Shown: positions 25,181 to 36,458 of the stretch, piece by piece
How positions within the stretch are numbered: the stretch's first letter is position 1
Layout: the number at the start of each line of letters is the position of its first letter
Assembly (NCBI RefSeq): GCF_001949145.1
Contig: NW_019091356.1
Location: 2,550,932 to 2,614,931, forward strand
DNA: 64,000 nucleotides
Direction: 5' to 3'
Origin: Acanthaster planci
Taxonomy: Eukaryota
Position numbers and translations under genes: made by a program
Notes under the pieces: generated by a model
Told to the model about the DNA's origin: nothing
What the model saw: only the letters and a program-made list of their open reading frames with translations
Databases searched by the model: none

Positions 25181-25409
25181 TATAGGCCTTTTTCATCCAT
25201 GTGACTAAATGTAAACAATACAACCCCGTGTGGACCGCCTCGGCCACAGTGATCGCATGTATTCCTATGGGCAGCTTCAACCACGTGCAAACGCTGCATG
25301 CTTGACTAGTTTATCTTGAATCGGTAGATTACCATCACAACACTATGCACTTATTACCATCACATCATAGGTCCAGCACGATTGTGACATCACAGGAAAA
25401 AAGTCTATA
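25181..25409. mobile_element. Degenerate palindromic MITE downstream of COA3
   Basis: Left TATAGGCCTTTTTCATCCATGTGAC; right (reverse complement) TATAGACTTTTTTCCTGTGATGTCAC. Confidence 0.4.
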
Positions 25410-25943
25410 AGGTTATCTGATGGGGCGGCTAACTCGCAAATGGTGACGGGTCAATAACCTCATCTGCTAGCTAATGCAGAGGAATCCGGTTCGTAAGTGA
25501 CTTTGTCACAAAGGTGGACGCGCCATGATTTGCAGGCTCCCATTGGACAATTGCTGATGTTGCGTGTTAACTTCCGGTTCCATGATTCCATGTAAGCCGC
25601 GATTAATGCATGTAACTCTACGTGCAGTTCATGAGCACCGGGCGTGGTTTAAACTGAAGTGACGTCACACTTACGAACCGGATGGTGCATGTCACAATAT
25701 ATGTATTCATAAAACCGCAAGTACAAAGTCTGGAATGACAATGAGTCTGGAAACACAGAGGGAACTTGTTCATGATGAAGACTAGGACACTTGTAGATTG
25801 ACCGCTGACTCCAGAGGGCGCACTTGCAGCTGATCTCCTGACACATGTAATATGATGTACTGCACAAAGGCAAACTTCAGTTGCATTGAATTTTCCAATT
25901 GCATTCTGGGAGGTGCCCTTTGACCTCAGCATCCATAGCACCA

Positions 25944-27730
25944 TCATAAGTCCTTGGGCTTGTTAGGGTCTTCAAAGTCCTCCAGGAAGGCTTCTTGCGA
26001 AACTGCATAAATTGAATAGCCATCTGAATCAAATTGGGTACGACCATTAAGGAAACAAAAAGGGACAGGGCAGATGATACTCTGAATCAAAAAAAACTTG
26101 GCCAGTTGGTCGTTTCCTTGACTACAATAACCACATAGACCTAGGCCAAACCACAACTTACAGATTAGAGTCAGTACTATGCACTTTAGTTGACAAAACA
26201 TCAACAGATGGGCAAGTTTTCCATATCTGACCACCATGCAGATGAACCGCATCCAAACACAACCTACATTTTGCAGGCTCAACTGTATTTTTACTGAAAA
26301 CCTCTTGGTCAAACTTCAGAACAACCAGAAAGTCTTGGATAAGTTGCTTTAGGCCTAGTCCAAGTAACTTGGACCCTACAAATCGCCTTTTTTAAAACCA
26401 TTTGGACAAGGTTGGGGAGAGTAGGGTACAAGTACCTTCCATGGGCTTTTGCTTCCATTTATTCATTTCACTTAAAATAGCTTGTACCCCGAGTAAAATC
26501 CTCCCAATTCACCTCCAAAACTGTCCTTAAAATGTAACCATCTATGGATTAAGTGAGAATTGGAGATTCCAATAATGATAATATGGTTTACTCACATATG
26601 GGAAGAAAAGAAAAATTCAACTTCAAATCAGAAACACTCTTGTTGCAACCTAATAGACGCCATCTTTCTTCAAAAAGCAATTTGAACTGTATGTTATGTC
26701 CTGTTGATGATGTCACAGCGCGCCGGTCTAGTGGACCATTCACAGAAAGCATATCGTGTTGCCACCAAAATTGGTCGAACCAAGATGCGGAACAGGCACG
26801 GTCATTGATGGGCTCAATGCATGCGCAGTCTGGTAAACACAAACGGCATGAACGGAGCGACAGTCAACAGGTGGAAGCAAGAAATTTGTGAGCAAAAATC
26901 TCTTCTTCTTTTTTTCAAAAATACGTCTTATGCTCTGAAGCTTTTGCTATCCCCTTTTTAAGAGGATTAGATTAAGCAGGTTTGCTGATGGGGAACCATT
27001 GGATTTAATAGCTTTCTTGAGGCTGAGCACCATTTCCCCACAAAAAGTCAATTCCAAAACCCCATAGCATTACAACGCCATGTAAACCTTGTCTCCTCTA
27101 ACATGTCTAAGTCACACAGAGTATCACGGAGTTAGGGACTTGGAGTTCTCGAAGTAGATTGTGGTTTGGTCCCCGACCTGATAATTTTGGCTGCTGTGTA
27201 TGGATTCCCTCCCCTCTACTGCTAATTACCAGTTGGCTATATCATGTATAAGAAAACTAACTTGCAGTAGAGAGAGTAGGCTAGTTGTAAATAGCAATTT
27301 CGTGTTCAATCCAGCTCATAAACCTTATCACAAGTACTGCATGGGTGAGTTTGCGTAATGGTAGAAAGGCATTGTGGGAAGGAAAAAGGGGCAATGTGTA
27401 CAACCACCCATGCAGTATTTGCGCTGCGGCTTATGCTACCTGTTCAACCAGCTGACCAGGGGGCCTAGCTAGCATTGTACTTTTGTAGCAAATTAATCAT
27501 TGGTCAAGGATACACACGCCAAGCACGCCAGCTCCCAAGCACAGCGCAACAAAGACATTTCTCCTGATGTACTTTGCTCTGGACAATTTTTGCACGCTCT
27601 CCATGTGCGCCCTGGACATTCTGGCCATGTACTCGCGGTCCTTTTGGCTAATCTCGTCCCGTTTGAGGTCCACCCGCCTCATCGTTTCTGGTGGCTGCTG
27701 AGGATCGGAACCGCTGCTGCTCGTCGCCAT
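25944..27730 (-). CDS. COA3: Cytochrome c oxidase assembly factor 3 (CCDC56), 98 aa, 2 exons
   Basis: Exon 27730-27514 (MATSSS...RRNVFVALCLGAGVLGV) joined to 26023-25944 gives ...GVYGYSIYAVSQEAFLEDFEDPNKPKDL*. The single transmembrane segment and YGY..Y...QE.FL motif are typical of COA3. Confidence 0.92.
26024..27513 (-). other. U12-type (minor spliceosome) GT-AG intron of COA3
   Basis: Donor GTATCCTTG at 27513-27505; branch site TTCCTTAAT at 26054-26046, about 20 nt before the AG (26025-26024); no strong polypyrimidine tract. Confidence 0.9.
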
Positions 27731-27895
27731 TTTGATGTGCGGGGATTATGAAATGTGCGATTGAAGTGCGCCACCTCTTGACCAACAGTTTGCTTGTCGC
27801 CTTGTGAGGCCTCGAGAAAGGGCTGAAAGCTTTTCTCTGTGATTGGCTACATCGTGGACGACCTGTGACCGCGAGGTTATCACTTCCTGTTAGCA
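27720..27895 (-). promoter_or_regulatory. COA3 proximal promoter motifs
   Basis: YY1-like AAAATGGCG over the ATG, CCAAT (ATTGG 27842-27846) and ETS-like CAGGAAGTG (27881-27889) in a CpG-rich stretch. Confidence 0.4.
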
Positions 27896-30588
27896 AAAAC
27901 TTTAATCATTTTTTTTAATTCGCCAATGGCAATGTTTTGATACAGGCAAATGTTGGCTATATCATGTACATGTATATGAAAACATGGCCTCGGTACAATC
28001 GCAGTGTGGTTATCTATCTTCTCAGTATATATTTCAAATCACTGGTTATCTTGATCAATTTTGGATGAACGAATAAAGTGCAGTGAGAATATTTTCCGAA
28101 ATGAGGAAGAAAAAGAGAAAATACTGAATTGATAACCGCCGCTTGTGTCATTGAGTGAGCTTGCGCGCCTCGCAGAAATTCACCCAAAATGCTCTGCGCG
28201 TCGTTAGCTGTGACCCCGTGTGACGTATTTCCGTCACTAAAATCTGAGGAAGGCCATCAGCCCTTCGAGCGAATGCACAGTACGTGTCTCACTCAATAAT
28301 GATGTAGTCATACTCGAATTTGACGCATTGCATTTTTGTGATTGCATTTTCCTTATAGTTGGATGCAACGGCAGAATGCCTTTGCCTGCAGGAACACCGG
28401 AACTGCCTCTTGGAACAAAAGCGAGGTTGCACTCGCAAAGCAAAGTCCCTGTAAGGGTACTTCGACTATACATTCCGACCGGTCGGCGGTCGCAACTTGC
28501 CAGTGCGTCCCGTACGCCTATTTCAATCCGACCAAGCCAGCACGTGATAACTTCTAGTGATCTGAGTTCATTATACAGAGCCTAGCCAGAAACTGTTATG
28601 ATCAATCACATCGCCATATTGTTTTTGCATGCTACGCAAACGCTGACATCACTGTACATGAGTAACTGGGGTGAAATTTCTGAGGCAGACCTCGGACTTG
28701 CACTTATTATCATTCGATTCTCAAAGGTGTACGTACTTACAGCAAATAACCTGTTGCATTTATTTAGGTTGTCTAAATTTCAAATGGGAGGGGGTCGAGG
28801 GCACAGACTTCTGCAGGGACAGTCCCAAGTGCCAACTCCCCCCCCCCTTAATTCCGTCGCCGTTGTCAATGCTATATTTTGAGCTTCAGGGATAACGGAT
28901 ATGGTTCCTTGAACACAAAGACGGTTCCTCTTCATTTCATCAGTACCCATCAGCCAATTTGCAGCGGCTTTATACATTTTGTAGTCTCAGAGATTGAAGG
29001 TATAATCAGCAAAGATTATCTTCAGTTATCTTCAGGTCCATCCCATTGATACTTTGCCTGACACATGAATTTGATTTAAACGACACTATAACGCCTTTCG
29101 CTGCTTTTGTCTCAACTCCGCAGGAGTGGGCCCATATCCACGTGCACAGCCGTACGAAATTTATGTGAGGTAAATTTCTGTCAACTGTCGTTTGCCTGTA
29201 TCCTGTGGTAAAGGATTTCAGCGTCCGGATAAAAAAAAAAGTTTAGCTGCATTCGACACGACGATAGTTCCACACCACGAATCCTTAATTCTATAACACT
29301 CCCACTGCATTCTTAACTGTCTGAAGATCTTCTATAGGCCAACTCACATTGTACTCGGTAACAAAAGACACAGACAAAGCTTTTGAACACTAGCGTGCAA
29401 TACACCAATTTATAAAACTTCAACATACGAAGTAAATACAAGAGTTGATTTTTTGTTGTTGCAAGTATCGTCATAATGGAACCTTTGAGCTGTAAAATAC
29501 ATAGTTGGCAGAGTAGTGAAAGGCTTCATACAAAAATATATATCCACAAATACAAAGCGTGCGTGGGGTACACGGTTTTGCAACCGGAAAAAAATGGGTC
29601 AGCATAAAACTGATCTTTTTGTGAAATGCCAGCTTGTCGGGAACCTATGCCCTAGGCCTATATACCCCTCTATCTCCAAGATTCACCACTTATTACCAGC
29701 AAACTCCTCCCACCTCTTCCCGGCGACTGGCTGTTGAGTAGGATGTGACATGATGCCTTTTTTCCAAATGTGCTGTGCAAGATTTTAGAAATCCCTTCTT
29801 GTCAAACGGTAATTCGGTGAAGTGACATTCGTCCACAATTCAAACAAGTTTAATTTGGGCAAGAACTCAGACATAAAACAAAACTTAGAGATTGGTTATG
29901 CATTGGAATTGTCAATTTCAGCTAATCGATTAGTCAATTATTATCGGATCAGACAACATGTCTGAGGAAAGTTAAGAACAGTCAAAGATGACAAAATTAT
30001 GTTATACTCGTGTACAAGATCAAGAAGCCGAATGAGGTAACTTGCCTACATGTTTCGCTACGTTTTAGTCAATTGTTGTTCGTTCGAAAAGGAAGAGGTC
30101 TTTCGGCAGTTACATCGAAATCCTTTAAAAATAATTAACCTTCTCTATCTCTCTTCATTTACTTTTGTCGGCTCTCCGGATCAAAGACCCGTATTTAAGT
30201 TTGTAAACTCTTTACAAGGTTTCAATTTTCCAAAACACCTCATGTAATTGAAATACAACAATATAGGCCCCACATGAAAAAAAAAAGAAAACACGAAATC
30301 GTTATTGTGATAAACCGTAGATTCTATGTTACCCCGTAATTACCACACAGAATTAGACAACTTTATGGATCCGTGCACGTATATATTGTATCGGAATTTT
30401 CTAAACAGAACTCACAAGACGACCCATCCTCGACTGCCATTTGCTGGCCAATTTCACTAGAGGGCGTCCACATTGCCAACAAGTAGAAAAACCATTATGT
30501 ACATGTACAATATTATCACGCAATAAAGTATATACACCAGAAACTGTTTTCTTCTTTTTTTTCCTGTTGGCATATAAAATAGTTTCAT

Positions 30589-31482
30589 TCAAGGCTTCAA
30601 CCTGAGCTCATACATTTTCTTGTAGTATGGCTCACTGAATTCGCTGCACTCCACCACGCCTTTGGGAAGGCCATCTTTGGAAATCACTTCCACGTTGTGG
30701 TTGTGGTCCTTGGAGACGAAGGATTCGCTCTTCAGGGCTCGCTCGTACGTTCCCATGGTGGAGTTGAGCGCCCTGAAACTGGGCGCGCAGTGCCAGCGCG
30801 AGCTGATGCCATCGCTCGGTTGCCACGACAGCATGCTCTCGGAGAAGGGCAGCCCGACCGCTGCGCAGTACTTCTTCAGGATGCTCCCGGGCGAGCGGCA
30901 CAGGTCGTCCGCGTCGACGATGATCGGCTTCTCGCGGTAGTTGGCGCAGATGTGGTTGTACAGGTCGTAGGACTCCTTGAAGGCGTAGCTCCGCGGTAGG
31001 CCGTTCTTGACCGACACCTCCCCGGTCTGGCCGGGGTACCCGTTGACCACCTTGTGGAAGGACTTGAAAGCCTTGACGGGCTTTCGGATGAGGAAGGTGT
31101 GCTTGAAGCCGTCCGGGATGGCGTCGTAGCGCCCGTCCACAGCGAACGCCATGTCCTTGCAGAAGATCACCTCCCTCCCGATGTAGTCAGCCTCCAGCTG
31201 CTTGCGGACCCAGCTGTAGGTGTACTGGCGCTCCTCTGGGATGGGAGGGCCGGGCGGGGCCCTCCTCTCGGGCCCAAAGTAGTAGGCCACTGAGTACGGC
31301 TCGTGGAAGATCTCTGCCGGACGGTCCATGCCGTCGATGCACTTCAGGAAGGCGGTGGAGACGGAGCGCGGGACGCACCACAGCATGACGCGAACCGGCG
31401 GCTGGGGCGGCGGGCTGTCGTCGGCCGTCACCCGGTCTAGAATGACTGGCGATTGACTGGTGAAAAATCCCTGCTCTTCCAT
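30589..31482 (-). CDS. Sulfotransferase-like P-loop protein (family of the N-terminal domain of branched-chain aminotransferase-like proteins), 297 aa, intronless CDS
   Basis: Motifs VMLWCVPRSVSTAF, IFHEPY, FCKDMA, HTFLIRKP, PIIVDADDL, LKKYCAAVGLPF.ESMLSW; strong C/G bias at third positions. A likely acceptor at 31500-31499 lies just upstream of ATG 31482, so the ORF-track start at 31545 is probably intronic. Confidence 0.85.
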   Translation of the reverse strand: MEEQGFFTSQSPVILDRVTADDSPPPQPPVRVMLWCVPRSVSTAFLKCIDGMDRPAEIFHEPYSVAYYFGPERRAPPGPPIPEERQYTYSWVRKQLEADYIGREVIFCKDMAFAVDGRYDAIPDGFKHTFLIRKPVKAFKSFHKVVNGYPGQTGEVSVKNGLPRSYAFKESYDLYNHICANYREKPIIVDADDLCRSPGSILKKYCAAVGLPFSESMLSWQPSDGISSRWHCAPSFRALNSTMGTYERALKSESFVSKDHNHNVEVISKDGLPKGVVECSEFSEPYYKKMYELRLKP

Positions 31483-31706
31483 ATTGGCAATTTCAATGCT
31501 GTGACTGCACGCCTTTGGAATAAACCAAAACAAAAGGACATGCAATTAAACTTCAAGTCTACGTTTCTACTCTCAACATACGGAATTGTGCTAGACATTT
31601 TTTTCCTTTCAAAGCTAGAAATGAAAACTTTGCCAACGCTGGCTTTTCAGAGGTGAAATCCCACTCACAGTATTATAAACACTGCCCGGGATGAAGGTAA
31701 CATTTA

Positions 31707-31904
31707 CCTGTCTCACCTTTCAAGTTGTAATTGAGTTCCGTGTTCCCCCGTGCTCGATCCAGTATGGGTGTTACTTGCGGTCAAAACAAGTGAGGGCGAG
31801 TGTTGCGTGTGGCAAGGTGCTGCAACGCGGGGCTCGTTGGTTAAACTGGCCTGTCGCTCGACGGGAAAAGTGACCGATTCCCGCCAGACGTGGCTGATTT
31901 TATA
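31707..31904 (-). promoter_or_regulatory. Candidate TATA promoter and non-coding first exon of the sulfotransferase-like gene
   Basis: TATAAAA (31904-31898), Inr-like TCACT about 25-30 nt downstream, and candidate donors AG|GTGAGA (~31716) and AG|GTAAAT (~31707). Confidence 0.5.
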
Positions 31905-33910
31905 TGCATCCGCGCCCGGTCCGGCGATGTGGGACCGCGTCGTGTTGCGCGTGCCTCTGATCGTCAGCACCAATTCTATAAGGAAATATGAGTGGCGGGA
32001 GAGTGACTACAAAATAAAAACTACACAAGGAGAACTCACCCACTCTGCCGGTGGCAATGAATTTGAGATTAAAGATTACCGGTTGATTTATGCTCAGTGG
32101 CACCGAAGTGTACTTTTCGCTGTTGTGAGGGTGAACACAAAGCGACATTATAATGTCAAAAACATTTGTCGGAGTTCCAATGTGTCAATTGAAGCAAGAC
32201 ATGGGACGGAGAGAACCCCCCCTCCCACCTTTGTGTTGGTCATGGTTCGATCGGAATCTCAGGAATTCTTTACATACTTCTAGGGGGGATGTGTTAGGTA
32301 ACAATAGTCTTGAGTGTGTATAGGGATTGGACAGGTAAGGGGGGTACCCTTCCCTCCCATATCTTGCCCGGTATACAAGGTGTACAGAGATTTTGTTAGC
32401 AGCTAGGATTTTTTTTCTGTCCGCATATTTTTCTTCAGTTGAAGGCTATTCTGCATTTTGTAAAATGATTGAAACTGTCTAATAATGGGGAGATTTTTAA
32501 AAAATGTAATTCCATTCACAGATGTTCTATTATGGCATAAGTTTAATATTTCTGTTCCTCTTTCTGAAATTTCAGGGATTTGCAAAAGTATTTTCACAAA
32601 AAAAAAATCAACTGCCAGGCTCTACGCGAGTTAAGTAGTGGTTTCTGAAGGCCCCTCGCAAACTAGAAAGCATAATGATGTCCAATGTTGATTTTTAGAA
32701 TCAATCCATTTCGCACGGAAGTTGTTGGCACGATTTTGAATCAGCGCATGGCCAGTAGGCCTACATGATCATGGACACGGAAGCCATGCCGAAAGGAAAC
32801 CATGCACTCGACCTTCACTGAGTTGCAGTCCACAGTGGTTGGCCTACTGTGACGTCGTTCAAGGTTTAAAGCAACGCCCTCACATACACCGCGCCAGAAG
32901 TTTGCCTCTTAATTGTCACCACGACAAGGTTTGTCCGCCCTCCGTACAGGGACATCAGCTGTGGACTCGGGTCGTGACGTCAAATTACCGTCGTCCCTCC
33001 ATGTCTTGGTTTTAGAGTTCCGGATTGCTTTCAAAACACTCCCACAATTTTTTCGTTCTACAGTCCGGGCAGAAACTCTCCGAATGGCCATGCAGGAATG
33101 GCGTAGGCGTATGCCTGCGTGCGCACGTATCACATGTCTTTTTTTTTTTGTGAACAAATGAACCTGTTCCGCAAGGTGTCATTGATGAATCGGTGACGTC
33201 CGAAGGAGATTAAGTAAGTGACCAAGCTCAACGCCAACTGCGCTAGCGAGATCCGTGACCTGCCATTTCTATTTTGTGTGTAACTTTTCCCGATCGGACC
33301 AATATTTTGTGCGTAAACATTAATCTATTTTAGAGTTGAACTAGGAGCTACTAAGGGCCAGGGGCCCTGTAGGCCTAACAGCAACAAACTCGGACACTGC
33401 AGTTTGTGTACTTTCGTTCAGGAGACCTAGGCCCCAGCAATATTACACATTAAACCGGCAAGACCGGTGATGATGTCGGCAGGCTATTTCACAAAAGTAG
33501 GCCTACTGACTACAACTCTCTCAGATTACAGGTGATTTTTTTTGTGTAGTTTGGTTCCGAACGTCGATTTTAACCAATTCTAGAAGTCCGGTCATACAGT
33601 ATCCACGTAAAACTGAGGACGATCTGTAATATCCAAAAGGTAACGAAGTTGTAGGCCTAGGCTACACCATAAATTGTCAGTTTCGGTGGTGATATAGGCC
33701 ATATTGGGATTAAGTTTGTACTTTGTAGTTGACGACCGTCCAAACTACGGTGTAGGCCTAATACTGTAATAGTATGGGCCTACGTGTACATGTAGGCCTA
33801 CGTCACATGTAGTACCACGTGTATAGATTTGCACATTTCAAAAGAAGTTTTATGCGTCGAACTTTCTCCCAAGCTGACTGGAGCAACTGAAATATCAGAA
33901 GCGGTTATTT

Positions 33911-34250
33911 ACTCACCCAAAAGTTCACCTCTATTTGTTCTGTAGGCAAGTGCACTGCCTGTAACCTTTGACGAGACTTCACTTTTGCCAAAATGTCAAT
34001 TTTTTTCTTACAAGTGTAGAATACACGCGCGCCTGCTGAGCTGGCCGATCAACCATCCAGGGCAGCGTACAGAGACGATAGCACGAAGCAAAGTCTCGTG
34101 CATGAATTGCGCGAGACGCACACGTGCTTTGCACATGCAATAGTCTGCGTCCCCTATTCGGCAATCGGGGGAGTGGTCGTGCGTCGTCTGGGTACCGTGT
34201 GACGTGACTTCTGTCTGCAGCCTCGCCCGTCGATACTGTTACGTCATTCG
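33911..34250 (-). promoter_or_regulatory. Candidate distal CpG-rich promoter and non-coding exon with strong splice donor
   Basis: TGG|GTGAGT donor at 33916-33911 on minus, preceded by a CpG-rich stretch at 34020-34250. Confidence 0.4.
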
Positions 34251-34626
34251 CGAGGGAAAAAAAGACAAGACAAGAAAAAAAGGGAAATTTTCAGGGATGC
34301 GAGGGCAAGTGCTTGCACCATGCTTGCACCAACGAAGCCTGGAAAGCGGGGGGGGGGGGTCGGCAATACAAGAAAGTCATTGCAAGGCCACAGAACAAGG
34401 ATGCCGGCAGACAAGGCTGAAAGAAACTGCAGTTTTTTTTATTACATAATAGTTCATTTAATTAAAAATGATCCTTCACTGCTAGCCAGTCAGTGGCCAG
34501 TGGTCACTTTGAGTTTGGGAGATAAGCTACCGGTCTTGATTTAAACGGCTTCTTTGTACTATCGTATGCGTAGCTAATGCTATATGCTGACTGGCTCTGA
34601 AAGCGCTTGTTTTGAGACCTTTGGTG

Positions 34627-34808
34627 CAGTGGCGTAACTACGGGGGGGGGCGGGAACACGGGCACGTCCCGCTGGGTGCCCCCCCCCCCCATTTGAAACC
34701 TTGAATATTAAATCCGCTGTAATGCAGCTGCATTTGTCTTGTAGTGCCCCCTTGAAATATGTGTGCAGCCCGGGTGGCTCCCGGACATTTAGCCCCGTTA
34801 CGCCACTG
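34627..34808. mobile_element. hAT-like MITE
   Basis: Perfect 12-bp TIR CAGTGGCGTAAC...GTTACGCCACTG; near-TSD CTTTGGTG / CTTGGTG; internal G and C tracts. Confidence 0.8.
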
Positions 34809-36238
34809 CTTGGTGCCAACTGCGAGCGAACAGCCCAAGTTACGGTCGGGTGAGACACGGCCTATCGGGTTCGGGGGACAGTAAAAAAAAAAGTCAGGAG
34901 TTCGTATTAGAGATTTTTTGTTTTATTTGAGGAAATGGTAGTGATGACATTGTCACGCTGGCGCTGGCAAAGGAAAGATGGAAAAGTAACATCACCACAG
35001 GTCTAATGTTGGAGGAATTGCGTTCACTCGTTTGGTCGTATCATTCCAAACAACACAGAGCTCATACAGTTTATCTTTCCGGGTTAAAAAAAAGTAAGCT
35101 TTTGTGACAAATTAACCTGCTGTCAAAATCGTTATGATGCACTGTGCACTTTCGTCGATGCACACAAGTTTAACCCAGCGTACCGACAGGTGGAACTAGT
35201 CTCACTTCAAATTCGATCTCCAGTGTACCTGATGTGGTGGTGTGATTATTAAGCCAACGCGGGGAACTTCGGCGCGGTCAGACCCGTGTTTTGGGAGATA
35301 GTTTGCCGACGCTCGCAGCGCAGCCAACCGGAGTTCGTCGACCAGCAGTTCATCAACCCCGCCCCTATGGTTCAAACTCCTTGGACGCGCGCTAGCTGCT
35401 TGGAGCCTATATACCCCGGTGCCAGATTGCGTAGAAATAAGACACCGCATGGCAAAATGATACTGTTGTTAGTCCTGTGTAAACCTATCCATTCTTGCAG
35501 AAGATTGGCTGAGCTGGTATATTTCTTCTTCTTTTCCCACCCTTGGTGAAACATCAAACCCGTACTGGACCCAGGAGAAAAACGTATCCACGCAGTCTTC
35601 GATCACAAAGCTCTCTGCATCTGACGAAAGTTTCCCTTTTCTTGTACATTGCAAAAGCTTTGATAAGTGACCCGTTTGCAAGGCAGCGTCTCTTTCGTTG
35701 AGCGTCTTGACAGACATGAATTGTGTTTTGATTTTTACACCGTGCCGCGGTTCCCAATTAGCCTCTAAACAAGAAGGTGGGGTGAAAGAAATGTCATCCC
35801 CTGCAGAGGAATGAGTCCCTTATAAAAACCACTCCAATGGAGTGAAGCAAGCAGATCTAAAAGGTGAAAATAACTCTTTGAAAAAAATTGAAAATCCCTC
35901 AAAAAGAGGAGCCATATAAATGACAACTTTTTCCGAGTTTTCCTTACGTGGGTCCTTTAAAGAGTAAACGAATTTCAATCTCTTAGTTTTTTTTTTCACT
36001 CTTCTGGGAGTAGTTCCCATTTTTTCGTGGTTTTTCACCCTTTGGTCGTGGTTTTGTGAAGGAACCTTTGCACTGTTTCTGAGGGTGCGTTTTTCACCCT
36101 TTTACATTCAGAAAATGGAAAAAGGCAACGACACTGTCAAAGCAAAATTGACGTAAAGAAATATTTGCCGTTTAATATTCGTTTCACTTTAAATGTTTTC
36201 GACTTTTGCAAGTTTGCAGCACGAATTTTCGATCTGAC

Positions 36239-36458
36239 CATGGGCGTCGCCACGACTTTTCCGGGGGGGGGAGGGGCAAAGCACTCATAGCAGAAAGATG
36301 ATAACCATTAACGGCGGAAAGGGGCAATTCCGAGGGATCTCCAAGCAAATTGGAGAATTTCCTCCCCTTTCCTCAACTGTTTAACTTTTGTTTCTCTCGC
36401 CACTTTTTTTTTCTTCCACGGCGAAGGATCAAACACCCCCTCCCCCGCAACACCCATG
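36239..36458. mobile_element. hAT-like MITE
   Basis: TIR CATGGGCGTCGC / CATGGGTGTTGC (reverse complement); 8-bp TSD GATCTGAC / GATCTGGC. Confidence 0.75.

Noticed and set aside
28130..28590. Structured ncRNA in the CpG-rich stretch upstream of COA3
   Set aside because: Small hairpins exist (e.g. GCGAG-GTTGCA-CTCGC), but I recognise no RNA family. CTGAGGAAGG...CCTTCGAG lacks the hammerhead GAAA. An Infernal/Rfam scan would settle it.
30632..31381. Overlapping and antisense ORFs inside the sulfotransferase-like CDS
   Set aside because: Shadow ORFs caused by high GC and codon bias.
31750..32283. 177-aa plus-strand ORF
   Set aside because: No recognisable domain, non-ATG start, and it overlaps a promoter-like region of the opposite-strand gene.
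35202..35757. Cluster of short ORFs that look like a broken gene
   Set aside because: No recognisable motif in any frame and no convincing splice chain; TBLASTX would be needed.
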